From: Oscillospiraceae bacterium
Lineage (GTDB): Bacteria > Bacillota > Clostridia > Oscillospirales > Acutalibacteraceae
Length of the DNA: 64,000 nucleotides
Assembly: GCA_015065615.1 (NCBI GenBank)
Contig: SVPY01000002.1
Coordinates: 62,973-126,972, forward strand
Direction of reading: 5' to 3'
Part shown: in pieces, positions 1-9,465 of the stretch
Position numbering within the stretch: the stretch's first letter is position 1
Layout of the letters: each line of letters starts with the position of its first letter
Position numbers and translations under genes: made by a program
The notes under the pieces: generated by a model
Told to the model about the DNA's origin: nothing
Database searches by the model: none
The model's input: only the letters and a program-made list of their open reading frames with translations

Positions 1-215
1 CTGAACACTTCGGTAAAATGATGCTTATGACAGGTAACTACTCCTACTCAAGCGAAAAGCCTGCCGAGGATTCCTTATGGGGCTTCAGAGATTTGATTTT
101 AAATGATAATTCTATAGAAAGCCGCTATATTACTGTTGATGCTGATTATATAATTGGCGATAAAAACTTACACCGTGATTACGGCTACCAGGATGAATTT
201 AAATTAACATTTTAA
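1..215 (+). CDS. 3' end of an unidentified protein-coding gene (start lies upstream of window)
   Basis: Reading frame is open from the window edge to TAA at 213-215 and is followed at once by a GC-rich hairpin. No motif recognised. Confidence 0.4.
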   Translation, partial: EHFGKMMLMTGNYSYSSEKPAEDSLWGFRDLILNDNSIESRYITVDADYIIGDKNLHRDYGYQDEFKLTF

Positions 216-218
216 CGT

Positions 219-252
219 AAAAGGTACGGAACTTAAAGCTCCGTACCTTTTG
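219..252. terminator. Bidirectional intrinsic terminator between convergent genes
   Basis: aaaaGGTACGGA-acttaaagc-TCCGTACCtttt: perfect 8-bp stem flanked by an A-run and a T-run, between the + strand fragment and tyrS (-). Confidence 0.65.
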
Positions 253-266
253 GCTTTAATATTTAA

Positions 267-1493
267 TTACTTTAATACTGCCTTGTGGAATACTTTCTTA
301 CCCTTTTTAATGATAACGTCGCCGTTTGCGAAATCTTCGGCAGTGATAGCAAATGCAACGTCTGTAACCTTCTTATCATTTACAGCCACGCCGCCCTGCT
401 GAACAAGACGTCTGCCCTCGCCCTTGGAAGGAATAAGTGAGCAAGCCATCATAAGGTCTAAGATACCAATCTTGCCGTCTGTAAGCTGGTCTGCAGAAAT
501 TTCAGTAGTGGGCATATTATCAGTATTTGCGCCCTTACCGAAAAGAGCTCTTGCGCCTTCCTGAGCTTTATTAGCCTCTTCCTCGCCGTGAACGAGCTTT
601 GTAAGTTCGAAAGCGAGAATTTCTTTAGCTGTGTTAAGCTGGCTGCCTTCCCAATTTTCCATCTTCTCGATTTCTTCCATAGGTAAGAAGGTGAGCATCT
701 TGATGCACTTAAGAACGTCGGCATCGTCTACGTTTCTCCAGTACTGATAGAAATCGAAGGGAGATGTCTTGTTAGCGTCGAGCCATACTGCGTTACCTGC
801 AGTTTTACCCATCTTCTTGCCCTGAGAGTCGGTAAGAAGTGTAATAGTCATAGCGTTAGCATCTTTACCGAGCTTCTTTCTGATAAGTTCAGTACCGCCA
901 AGCATATTTGACCACTGGTCGTCGCCGCCGAACTGTAAGTTACAGCCGTACTCTTTGTAAAGAGCGTAGAAGTCGTAGGACTGCATAATCATGTAGTTAA
1001 ACTCCAAGAAGCTTAAGCCCTTTTCCATTCTCTGCTTGTAGCATTCAGCACGAAGCATATTGTTAACGGAGAAGCAAGCACCAACTTCACGGAGAAGTTC
1101 AACGTAATTGAGCTTTAAGAGCCAATCAGCGTTATTTACCATCTGAGCTTTACCCTCACCGAACTCGATGAAGCGCTCCATCTGACGCTTGAAGCATTCA
1201 GCGTTATGGTCAATATCCTCTTTTGTGAGCATCTTTCTCATATCTGTTCTGCCGGAGGGGTCACCTATCATAGTTGTACCGCCGCCGATAAGAGCAATGG
1301 GCTTGTTGCCTGCCATCTGAAGGCGCTTCATAAGTGTTAAAGCCATAAAGTGACCTGCAGTTAAGCTATCGGCTGTGCAGTCGAAGCCGATATAGAAGGT
1401 AGCTTCGCCGTTATTAACAAGCTTACTTACCTCTTCTTCATTTGTAACCTGTGCGATAAGGCCGCGGGCCTTAAGTTCGTCGTAAATTTTCAT
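267..1493 (-). CDS. tyrS: Tyrosyl-tRNA synthetase
   Basis: 408 aa. Class I aaRS layout with a HIGH-like motif (TAGHFMAL), a KMSKS-like motif (KMGKT) and a C-terminal S4-like domain. Preceded by a T-box leader and a GAGAGGA RBS. Confidence 0.95.
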   Translation of the reverse strand: MKIYDELKARGLIAQVTNEEEVSKLVNNGEATFYIGFDCTADSLTAGHFMALTLMKRLQMAGNKPIALIGGGTTMIGDPSGRTDMRKMLTKEDIDHNAECFKRQMERFIEFGEGKAQMVNNADWLLKLNYVELLREVGACFSVNNMLRAECYKQRMEKGLSFLEFNYMIMQSYDFYALYKEYGCNLQFGGDDQWSNMLGGTELIRKKLGKDANAMTITLLTDSQGKKMGKTAGNAVWLDANKTSPFDFYQYWRNVDDADVLKCIKMLTFLPMEEIEKMENWEGSQLNTAKEILAFELTKLVHGEEEANKAQEGARALFGKGANTDNMPTTEISADQLTDGKIGILDLMMACSLIPSKGEGRRLVQQGGVAVNDKKVTDVAFAITAEDFANGDVIIKKGKKVFHKAVLK

Positions 1494-1499
1494 TTTATT

Positions 1500-1825
1500 T
1501 TTCCTCTCTTTGCTTATATAGTATTACTGATTACCTAATTAAAAATGCCCCCTGCAAAATGCAGAGGGCGAATTATCGCGGTACCACCTCAGTTTACCCA
1601 TACTAAACTAAATGTATGAGCCTTAGTACAAATAAAACCTAATTTTTGTTTTATTATATACCTTCGCAAAATAACGTTTGCTAAACGGCACTCCCTACTA
1701 AAATTATTTTTTCAGGAAGCAACTCAGGAAGGTAACTTCACGTTCATCCCCCACCTTCTCACACCAACCGAAGGCTCTCTGAAGCATAAAATGAACGCTA
1801 CTTTATTTCCGTCACAGTCTTTCTA
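1500..1825 (-). promoter_or_regulatory. T-box riboswitch leader controlling tyrS
   Basis: Minus strand carries the conserved T-box core GAGGUGGUACCGCG (plus 1577-1590), then the terminator hairpin CGCCCUCUGCAuuuuGCAGGGGGCG plus a U-run (plus 1541-1570). An AGAGAG box and a GGUGUGAGA distal loop are present. A UAC (Tyr) triplet at plus 1732-1734 lies where the specifier loop is expected. Confidence 0.85.
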
Positions 1826-1829
1826 ATAT

Positions 1830-1857
1830 ATTATATACAATTTTCAGCTTTTGTCAA
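1830..1857 (-). promoter_or_regulatory. Sigma-A type promoter for the tyrS T-box leader
   Basis: Minus strand reads TTGACA (1857-1852), a 16-nt spacer, then TATAAT (1835-1830). Confidence 0.6.
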
Positions 1858-1861
1858 GAAT

Positions 1862-3526
1862 TTAATTTTCACTTACCGAAAGCATTTCATCAGCCATCTG
1901 AAGTTTAAGCTCAGTAATGCCGTCGCCGCCTATCATACGGGCAAGCTCTGTTTTTCTTTCCTCACGGCTTAATTTATGAACCTTGGTAAAGGTCTTTTCA
2001 CCTTCGGTTTCCTTTTTGATAAGGAGCTGATTTTTCGCCATGGCGGCAATCTGCGCAAGGTGGGTAATACATAAAACCTGCCTGTCGCCTGCGGCTTCTT
2101 TTAATTTTAAACCTACCTTATTGGCAGCCTCGCCGCTGATACCGGTATCGATTTCGTCGAAAATGAGGGTATCGATATCGTCGCCGCCGGAAAGAACGGT
2201 TTTTATACTAAGCATAATTCGTGAAAGCTCACCGCCCGAAGCGATTTTGGACATTGACTTTAATTCTTCGCCGCGGTTTGCGCTTACCAAGAATTCTATT
2301 TTATCGCATCCGTTTATATTGAGGCTCACTCTTTCCTGACTGACTGCAAACTCTACGTTTGGCATATTTAAAAATCTAAGCTCTTCTTTTACTCTTAAAG
2401 CAAATTCCGCCCCTGCATCCTTACGCCTGTGGGAAAGCTCCCTTGCTAAATCCACGGCTTTTTTCTTTACCGACTCAAACTCAGCTGAAAGCTCGTCGAT
2501 TTTCTCATCGGAAAGCTCTATGGAACGAAGCTCCTCTATACATTCTTTATAAAACTTAAGAATATCTTCCTCGGTTTCGCCGTATTTGAGGCTTAAGCGG
2601 TATAAAGTGTCGAGCCTTGTTTCGATATTTTCAAGCTCACTTGGGTCAAAATCGAAGCTATCGGCAAGGTCTCTCACTTCTTCGGCTGCATCCTCAATTT
2701 CGTAGCGCAGGTCACTTAATTTCTCGCTTAATTTCTGAAGTTTAGGGAGACTTTTGGCGGCGCTTTCCAAAGAATCAGCAGCTATTAATACGAGATTTTC
2801 GGCGCCTTCGCTGTCGCCGTCACCCATAAGCGCGCCCTTTGCAATATTCAGCGCGTTCATAATGGCTTCGCCGTTTCTTATAGTATCGCGGCGTTTGATA
2901 AGCTCTTCCCTTTCGCCGGGTTTTACCTGCGCGGCTTCGATTTCTTCAACCTGATATTTTAAAAGGTCAAGGCGGCGGCTTTTCTGATTTTCGTCCATCA
3001 AAAGCTTATCAAGCTCGCGCTTAATGGCTCTTAACTTATTATACTCTGCCTGATAGCTTTTCAATAATGGGTTGAGCCTGCCGTAAGAATCTATGTAGCT
3101 GCGGTGAATTTCCTCATCCATAAGCTCGTAGCTGTCATGCTGACCGTGAATGCTTATTAAATTTACTCCGATCTCTTTGAGCATACCTGCGTTGACGGGA
3201 ACTCCGTTAATTTTGGCTGTACTGCGGCTCTGACCGATATCGCGCATTATAAGAAGCTCGTCGTTCTCATAAGGAATGCCGAGTTCTGTAAGTTTTTCCT
3301 TGGTTTTGCCGTTTATGAAACTAAAAAGCGCGGTAACCTTTGCCTTATCCGCCCCTGTTCTTATAAGGTCGCGGCTGGTTCTTTCGCCCAATATTGCGTT
3401 GATGGCGTCGATAATAATTGATTTACCTGCGCCCGTTTCACCTGTTAATACGGTGTAGCCCTTATCAAAATCTATAGATGCTCTTTCGATAACAGCTATA
3501 TTCTCGATATAAAGTGAAGAAAGCAT
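1862..3526 (-). CDS. recN: DNA repair protein RecN
   Basis: 554 aa. N-terminal Walker A GETGAGKS, long central coiled coil, C-terminal SMC-type signature (SGGELSR) and Walker B (LIFDEID). Confidence 0.95.
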   Translation of the reverse strand: MLSSLYIENIAVIERASIDFDKGYTVLTGETGAGKSIIIDAINAILGERTSRDLIRTGADKAKVTALFSFINGKTKEKLTELGIPYENDELLIMRDIGQSRSTAKINGVPVNAGMLKEIGVNLISIHGQHDSYELMDEEIHRSYIDSYGRLNPLLKSYQAEYNKLRAIKRELDKLLMDENQKSRRLDLLKYQVEEIEAAQVKPGEREELIKRRDTIRNGEAIMNALNIAKGALMGDGDSEGAENLVLIAADSLESAAKSLPKLQKLSEKLSDLRYEIEDAAEEVRDLADSFDFDPSELENIETRLDTLYRLSLKYGETEEDILKFYKECIEELRSIELSDEKIDELSAEFESVKKKAVDLARELSHRRKDAGAEFALRVKEELRFLNMPNVEFAVSQERVSLNINGCDKIEFLVSANRGEELKSMSKIASGGELSRIMLSIKTVLSGGDDIDTLIFDEIDTGISGEAANKVGLKLKEAAGDRQVLCITHLAQIAAMAKNQLLIKKETEGEKTFTKVHKLSREERKTELARMIGGDGITELKLQMADEMLSVSEN

Positions 3527-3539
3527 TTTTAGTTTCCTC

Positions 3540-3992
3540 TTAGCTATTCATTAATTTTTTGAACTCTTCCTGACGTTCTTCGGCGATTTCGCTTGTTTTG
3601 CATACAACGAGGATAGTATCCTCACCTGCCAAAGTACCTACTATGCCCTGAAAATTAATTGTATCCATTGAAGCGCATACAGCCTGAGCCATACCCGTAA
3701 TGCACTTTATGACAACTAAATTCTGTGCAGCCTCTACGCTTATTACGGAGTCGGCAAAAAGCGAATAGAATTTAAGTGAAATATCCCTTGCATTATCCTG
3801 ACCTGTACTGTAGCGGTACTTACCTTTGGATGTAAGATTTTTTACAAGTCTTAACTCCTTTATGTCTCTTGAAACGGTAGCCTGAGTAACGTCGAAACCG
3901 CAATCTCGTAAATTTTTAAGAAGTTCTTCCTGTGTATCTATATCCTGCTCTCTTATAAGCTCAAGAATTTTTGCGTGTCTTCTGGTTTTCAT
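3540..3992 (-). CDS. argR: Arginine repressor ArgR/AhrC
   Basis: 150 aa. N-terminal winged-helix (TQATVSRDIKEL) and C-terminal oligomerisation domain (GTLAGEDTILVV). Conserved position between nadK and recN. Confidence 0.9.
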   Translation of the reverse strand: MKTRRHAKILELIREQDIDTQEELLKNLRDCGFDVTQATVSRDIKELRLVKNLTSKGKYRYSTGQDNARDISLKFYSLFADSVISVEAAQNLVVIKCITGMAQAVCASMDTINFQGIVGTLAGEDTILVVCKTSEIAEERQEEFKKLMNS

Positions 3993-4035
3993 ATTTTATT
4001 TAAACAGCGCCCTTGCCCTCACAAAGGCTCTCCTT

Positions 4036-4875
4036 TTATTTTCCTGAAATCATTTTTTTATTGAGAATATCGAAAAAGTTGCCGCTGCCGCACCTTAAAA
4101 GCTTAACGGACCTTTCGGAAACGGAGAAAGTAAGCTTATCATTTGCTTTTAAATCAATTCTTGTGTCTCCGTCTAAAGTCAGCAGTATTTTGCCGCTTTC
4201 GGAAGAGGAAGGGAGAATTTTTACGCTTACCTTACTTTTACCTCCGCAAACCACGCTTCTGTTAAAAAGAGAATGGGGACAAATAGGAGTAAAGGTAATG
4301 CACTTCATATCGGGGTCTACTACGGGACCGCCGGCAGAAAGGCTGTAAGCGGTACTTCCTGTGGGAGTGGCTACTATCAGACCGTCCGCACGGTAGAGGT
4401 AGCCCTGAGTTTCGTTTACCGATATTTCGTAGTCGAGAATTTTTGAAAGCTCCCCTGAAATTACGCCCTCGTTTAAGGCAAAATATTCATTGCCGTTAAC
4501 TTTTACCGATAAAAGCATTCTAAGTTCCTCGGTACACAAGCCCTTTAATAGCTTCATAAGGCCGCTGAGCTCGTAGGGTTCGATACCTGCAAGGTAACCC
4601 ACCCTGCCTAAATTGACTCCTAAAATCGGTACACTATACTTAATGGCGTGCTTAGCGGCGTGGATAATTGTACCGTCGCCGCCTACCGTAATAATTACGT
4701 CGGAATTTTTTGCAAGAGCATCGTGGTCCTCTTCGAAATTCACACCTGTAAAAATACCTTCCAAAGATTTATGTACGTTGACGGAGATTTTTTCTTTGTT
4801 TAAAATATCTATTATTTCGCGGCAAACCTTTTCGGCGCCGTCTTTCATAAGATTTGGTAAAAGAGCAATTTTCAT
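4036..4875 (-). CDS. nadK: NAD+ kinase
   Basis: 279 aa. GGDGT motif (VGGDGTIIHAAK) and NE/GxxS motifs typical of PpnK/NadK. Confidence 0.9.
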   Translation of the reverse strand: MKIALLPNLMKDGAEKVCREIIDILNKEKISVNVHKSLEGIFTGVNFEEDHDALAKNSDVIITVGGDGTIIHAAKHAIKYSVPILGVNLGRVGYLAGIEPYELSGLMKLLKGLCTEELRMLLSVKVNGNEYFALNEGVISGELSKILDYEISVNETQGYLYRADGLIVATPTGSTAYSLSAGGPVVDPDMKCITFTPICPHSLFNRSVVCGGKSKVSVKILPSSSESGKILLTLDGDTRIDLKANDKLTFSVSERSVKLLRCGSGNFFDILNKKMISGK

Positions 4876-4895
4876 TTAGTTTAGCACCGCCCCTT

Positions 4896-5699
4896 TTATA
4901 ATTCTTTGTGGGATTTTTCCACTATATCTTTAATGTTTATATCAGAAACAGTTAAAATATCATTCTTTTTTAAGTAAATTAAATACTCGATATTGCCTTC
5001 GGGTCCTTTTATGGGGGAATAGCTTAAACCCGAAATGCTTAAGCCAAGACTTAAAGCAAAATCGCATATATCCTTTAAAACGCTGCAATGCACGGATTTA
5101 TCCTTAACCACTCCGTTTTTACCTATATTCTGCTTGCCTGCTTCAAACTGAGGCTTTATAAGGCACATAGCTTCGGAATAACCTGACAAAAGTTCCTTAA
5201 TAACGGGCAAGATAATTTTAAGAGAAATAAAGGAGACGTCGCAGGAAATAAAGTCTATACCTTCGGGTACGGCTTCTTTTGTGATATTTCTTGCGTTGGT
5301 TTTTTCGAGGTTTACAACCCTTGCATCGCTTTTAAGTTTTTCGTGGAGCTGATTGGTGCCTACGTCTACTGCGTATACCTTTTTTGCTCCGTTTTGAAGC
5401 ATACAGTCGGTAAATCCGCCGGTAGATGCGCCGATATCCATACAGACCTTATTCTGAAGATCAATTTTAAATAGATTTATCGCCTTTTCAAGCTTCAAGC
5501 CGCCGCGGCTTACGTATTTTAAAGTTTCGCCTCTGATTTCAGGCAGGTCGCTTTCATTTAATAACAAACTCGGCTTGCTTATTTTTTCGCTTCCGAGAAA
5601 AACGACTCCGCTTTGAATCATATTTTTTGCTTTTTCGCGGCTTTCGGCTAAATTAAGCTTACAAAGAAGTAAATCCGCTCTTATTTTTTCACCCATCAA
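4896..5699 (-). CDS. tlyA: TlyA-family 16S/23S rRNA (cytidine-2'-O)-methyltransferase
   Basis: 267 aa. N-terminal S4 domain, RGGLKL motif and FtsJ-like SAM fold (DIGASTGGFTD). Conserved dxs-tlyA-nadK-argR-recN order. Confidence 0.85.
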   Translation of the reverse strand: MMGEKIRADLLLCKLNLAESREKAKNMIQSGVVFLGSEKISKPSLLLNESDLPEIRGETLKYVSRGGLKLEKAINLFKIDLQNKVCMDIGASTGGFTDCMLQNGAKKVYAVDVGTNQLHEKLKSDARVVNLEKTNARNITKEAVPEGIDFISCDVSFISLKIILPVIKELLSGYSEAMCLIKPQFEAGKQNIGKNGVVKDKSVHCSVLKDICDFALSLGLSISGLSYSPIKGPEGNIEYLIYLKKNDILTVSDINIKDIVEKSHKEL

Positions 5700-5707
5700 T
5701 GTTTCCC

Positions 5708-7552
5708 TTATAAATTTTTTACTGTCTCGATAATACTTTCTTCATCCATTTTAAGCTCTTTTAAAAGCTCCTGCATACTTCCGTGAGGTACAAAACCCTT
5801 TTCGGCGGCAGTAATGTGCATTTTTCCGCCATATCCCTTTGAGATAAGCTCCATAGCAAAGCTTTCGGCAACCGAGCCGTTCTTTGTGCCTTCCTCAATA
5901 AATAAGAACTTTTCTGCTTTTAAGGCTTCATCTACTGCCTTTGAAGGTATTGGAGTAATTTTATTGAGTTTAATGATTTTTACGTTTATTCCTTCACTTT
6001 TTAAAGCTTCCATAGCTTTGGCGCAACCGGAAAATATTCTGCCGTAAGTGACAATAGCAATATTGCCTTCACCCACTGTGTCGTAATCTTCTCTGCTTGC
6101 TTTAAAATACGAAGGCTTATACATCTCGCCGCCGCGGGGATAACGGATGGCAACAAGACCTTTATCTTCAAAAGCTGCTCTCTCCATGGCAATTTCAAGC
6201 TCGTCAAAATAGCTTGGAGAATAAACCGCCGCGCCGGGCACGGACTTAAGGTACGCGGCATCGAACATACCGTGATGGGTCTTACCGTCCTCACCTACTA
6301 AGCCTGCTCTGTCCACACCTATAACTACCTTTAAATTCTGCAGCGCCACGTCGTGAATAAGGTTATCGTAAGCTCTCTGCAGGAAGGTTGAATACACGGC
6401 AAAGAACGGTATCATGCCTTTTGATGCTAAACCTGCCGAGAAAGTAACGGCGTGTTCTTCGGCGATACCTACGTCGAAAAATCTTTTGGCGTGCTTTTGG
6501 GAGAATTCCACAAGCCCCGTACCTTCGCACATTGCAGCCGTAACAGCGCATATCTCGGTATTTTTATCGGCAAGGTCAATAAGCTTTTTGCCGAATACCG
6601 AGGAGAAATTATCCCCCGATTTTTTAAATTCGCCTGAATTGATATCGAACCTGCCGATACCGTGGAATATATTGGGATTTTTTTCGGCGTATTCAAAGCC
6701 CTTTCCCTTAACTGTTCTTACGTGGATAAGTATGGGCTTTTCTATTTTTTTTGCGTTCTTTAACGTTTCAGTAAGCTTTTCTACGTCGTGACCGTCGAAG
6801 GGTCCGTAATACTCAAAGCCTAAATCGGTAAAAATATTTTTACTGTATATATCCTCTTTGATTCCGTCCTTAACCTTGCGGATAAGGTTGGCGGTAAATT
6901 TACCTACAAGAGGAATTTTCTCCATATTTGTCTCAATGCTCTTTTTTGCTTTGATATAGCCGGGTCTGGTTCTGAAATAACCAAGGTAGGTTGCAAGGGA
7001 GCCTACGTTTTTGGATATAGCCATTTCGTTATCGTTTAAAATAACTATAAAGTTCTTTTTAAGTCTGCCTGCATTATTAAGACCCTCGAAGGCAAGTCCG
7101 CCCGTAAGAGAGCCGTCACCGATTACCGCAACGGTATAGGCATTGTCTCTTTTAAGCTCATTGGCAACACTGATACCCAGAGCAGATGAAATTGAGGTAC
7201 TGCTGTGGCCTGTTGTAAATGGGTCGCATATACTTTCGTCCCTTGAGGGGAAACCTGATATACCCTTATAAGTTCTTAACGTACTGAATTTCTTATTTCT
7301 GCCCGTCAGAATCTTATAAGCATAAGCCTGATGACCTACATCGAAAATAATGGAATCCTTTTTAGGGTCAAAGGCGCTTAAAATTGCCACGGTAAGCTCA
7401 ATAACACCTAAATTTGAAGCAAGGTGACCGCCGTTTTCGGATACTGTTTCTATTATTCTTTTTCTGAGTTCACAGCAAAGCTCTATTTTCTCTTTTTCGT
7501 TTAAATTCGCAATTTCAGCGGGAAGCTTTATGCTGTTTAATAAATCTGACAT
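5708..7552 (-). CDS. dxs: 1-deoxy-D-xylulose-5-phosphate synthase
   Basis: 614 aa. GHQAYAYKILTGR, TPP-binding GDGSLTGG...NDN, transketolase-like C-terminal domains. Confidence 0.95.
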   Translation of the reverse strand: MSDLLNSIKLPAEIANLNEKEKIELCCELRKRIIETVSENGGHLASNLGVIELTVAILSAFDPKKDSIIFDVGHQAYAYKILTGRNKKFSTLRTYKGISGFPSRDESICDPFTTGHSSTSISSALGISVANELKRDNAYTVAVIGDGSLTGGLAFEGLNNAGRLKKNFIVILNDNEMAISKNVGSLATYLGYFRTRPGYIKAKKSIETNMEKIPLVGKFTANLIRKVKDGIKEDIYSKNIFTDLGFEYYGPFDGHDVEKLTETLKNAKKIEKPILIHVRTVKGKGFEYAEKNPNIFHGIGRFDINSGEFKKSGDNFSSVFGKKLIDLADKNTEICAVTAAMCEGTGLVEFSQKHAKRFFDVGIAEEHAVTFSAGLASKGMIPFFAVYSTFLQRAYDNLIHDVALQNLKVVIGVDRAGLVGEDGKTHHGMFDAAYLKSVPGAAVYSPSYFDELEIAMERAAFEDKGLVAIRYPRGGEMYKPSYFKASREDYDTVGEGNIAIVTYGRIFSGCAKAMEALKSEGINVKIIKLNKITPIPSKAVDEALKAEKFLFIEEGTKNGSVAESFAMELISKGYGGKMHITAAEKGFVPHGSMQELLKELKMDEESIIETVKNL

Positions 7553-7567
7553 TTTTTCACCTTAGTT

Positions 7568-8422
7568 TTAAATTTCGGTATCGCGCTGTAAAGCGGCTGC
7601 CTTTAAAGTATTTTTCATAAGCACGGAGATAGTCATCGGGCCTACGCCGCCGGGTACGGGAGTGATATAGGATGCTTTTTCCTTTACGTTTTCGAAATCC
7701 ACATCTCCGCATACTTTGCCGTTTTCGTCGCGGTTGATACCTACGTCAATAATAATCGCTCCCTCTTTTACCATATCGGCAGTAAGGAAATGCTTTCTGC
7801 CAACAGCGGCTACTATTAAATCGGCATTTCTGCAGATTGAAGCGATATCCCTTGTTCTGCTGTGGCAGATGGTAACGGTTGCATTTTTGTGGAGTAAAAG
7901 CATAGACATAGGCTTACCAACAATATTACTTCTGCCTATTACAACACAGTTTTTACCCTCGATATCAATATTTTCACTCTTTAAAAGCTCCATAACACCT
8001 GCAGGAGTACAGGGAAGGAAATTGTAGGAGCCTATCATAATTTTACCTACGTTAGCGTCCGTAAAGGCATCTACGTCCTTTAAGGGGCTTATGGCATCGA
8101 TAACCGCCTTCTCGCTTAAATGCTTGGGGAGGGGCATCTGAACAAGAATGCCGTTTACCTCCTTATCGGAATTCAGCTTATTTATTAAGGAAAGAAGTTC
8201 TTCCTGACTTGTATTTTCGGGGAGAGCGTACTCCAAAGACTTAATTCCGCATTCCTCACAGGCGCGTTTTTTATTTCTCACGTATATTTTTGAAGCCGGG
8301 TCCTCGCCTACTATTACAACAGCAAGGCAAACGGAAGCGCCTTTTTCGTTTAATTCTTTTACTTCCTTGGCTACCTCCGCTTTAACGTTTGCGGAAACCT
8401 TTTTACCGTCCAAAAGTATCAT
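7568..8422 (-). CDS. folD: Bifunctional methylenetetrahydrofolate dehydrogenase/cyclohydrolase FolD
   Basis: Conserved FolD sequence starts at MILLDGKK (ATG at 8422). The 53-codon K-rich upstream extension in the ORF track overlaps the lgt tail on the same strand in another frame and is rejected. Motifs VGRSNIVGKPM and PGGVGPMT. Confidence 0.92.
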   Translation of the reverse strand: MILLDGKKVSANVKAEVAKEVKELNEKGASVCLAVVIVGEDPASKIYVRNKKRACEECGIKSLEYALPENTSQEELLSLINKLNSDKEVNGILVQMPLPKHLSEKAVIDAISPLKDVDAFTDANVGKIMIGSYNFLPCTPAGVMELLKSENIDIEGKNCVVIGRSNIVGKPMSMLLLHKNATVTICHSRTRDIASICRNADLIVAAVGRKHFLTADMVKEGAIIIDVGINRDENGKVCGDVDFENVKEKASYITPVPGGVGPMTISVLMKNTLKAAALQRDTEI

Positions 8423-8423
8423 A

Positions 8424-9449
8424 TCATTCACCTTTGCTTTCGATATTTTCTTCTTTATTTTCTTCGCTGTTTTCTGTTTCTTCGGATTTTGCTTCAACAT
8501 TTTCATCAGAAGCATCTTCGGTATTTTCCTCTGCATTTTCAGAAGTTGCGTTTTCGGTAATTTCTTCTGCAGTATTTTCAATCACTTCGCCCTTGGCGTT
8601 TACTTTTATGCCGTTGAGTTCCATTACAGCCTTGTTGCCGCAACCTGTAAGCGTAGTTTTTCTCCTGAAGATAATCATAATAATTACTGCTGCAATTACG
8701 GAAGCCGCTGCCACAACCTGAGAAACCTTTAAGTTTATACCGGGGATGTAGAGGCTGTCGGTACGCAGACCTTCAATAAAGAATCTGATAAAGCCGTACC
8801 ATGCTACGTATAAAAGGAAGGTCTGACCGTCGTAGCGGCGCATTTTTCTTGTGAAGAAATGAAGGAAAACGAAACCGAGAAGGCAAAGTAAGGATTCATA
8901 TAAGAAGCAGGGATGAACAGCGCCACCTGCTACTTTAATTGTGTTGGCGCTTTCCATTCTCCAGGGAAGGTCGGTAACAGAGCCGAATGCTTCCTGATTC
9001 ATAAAGTTGCCCCATCTGCCTATACCCTGACCTATTAAAAATCCGAGAGAAGCAATATCAAGCAAAGAGGCAATCTTCATCTTTCTGATTTTTGCCATAA
9101 TACAGCCGCCCAAAAGACCGCCGATAATACCGCCGTAAATACCGAGGCCGCCGTCTTTAATTGCAAAAATTGCGGAGGGATTCTTGATATAATAATCACC
9201 GGGATAGAAAATTACGTAGTAAAGTCTTGCGCCTATTACGCCTAAAATAAGACCGACTATAACACAATCGAAAAGAGCATCTTCTTTGATGTTCATTTTT
9301 TTGCAACTGAAACCAGCATAAATAATTGCTAAAAGGAAACCGAAACCGATAATTACACCGTACCACTGTACGCTGAAATCACCTATGGAAAAAGCGGTTG
9401 GGTTAATATCGAAAACCAAACCTAAATCGGGAAAAGTAACGTGATGCAT
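8424..9449 (-). CDS. lgt: Prolipoprotein diacylglyceryl transferase with ~85-aa acidic C-terminal tail
   Basis: 341 aa. Polytopic. Lgt signature GRWGNFMNQEAFG. Ends in an E/N/S/T-rich low-complexity tail. Its stop abuts the folD start. Confidence 0.9.
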   Translation of the reverse strand: MHHVTFPDLGLVFDINPTAFSIGDFSVQWYGVIIGFGFLLAIIYAGFSCKKMNIKEDALFDCVIVGLILGVIGARLYYVIFYPGDYYIKNPSAIFAIKDGGLGIYGGIIGGLLGGCIMAKIRKMKIASLLDIASLGFLIGQGIGRWGNFMNQEAFGSVTDLPWRMESANTIKVAGGAVHPCFLYESLLCLLGFVFLHFFTRKMRRYDGQTFLLYVAWYGFIRFFIEGLRTDSLYIPGINLKVSQVVAAASVIAAVIIMIIFRRKTTLTGCGNKAVMELNGIKVNAKGEVIENTAEEITENATSENAEENTEDASDENVEAKSEETENSEENKEENIESKGE

Positions 9450-9465
9450 AAATAAACCTTCTTTC

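Noticed and set aside
5814-6791. Several 60-125 aa ORFs inside dxs
   Set aside because: All are antisense or out of frame relative to a full-length, motif-complete dxs. They are typical shadow ORFs.
8423-8581. 53-codon K-rich N-terminal extension of the folD ORF (MKILQKKLPK...)
   Set aside because: It is an out-of-frame, same-strand read-through across the low-complexity acidic tail of lgt. It has no RBS. Conserved FolD sequence begins at MILLDGKK (ATG 8422), immediately after the lgt stop.
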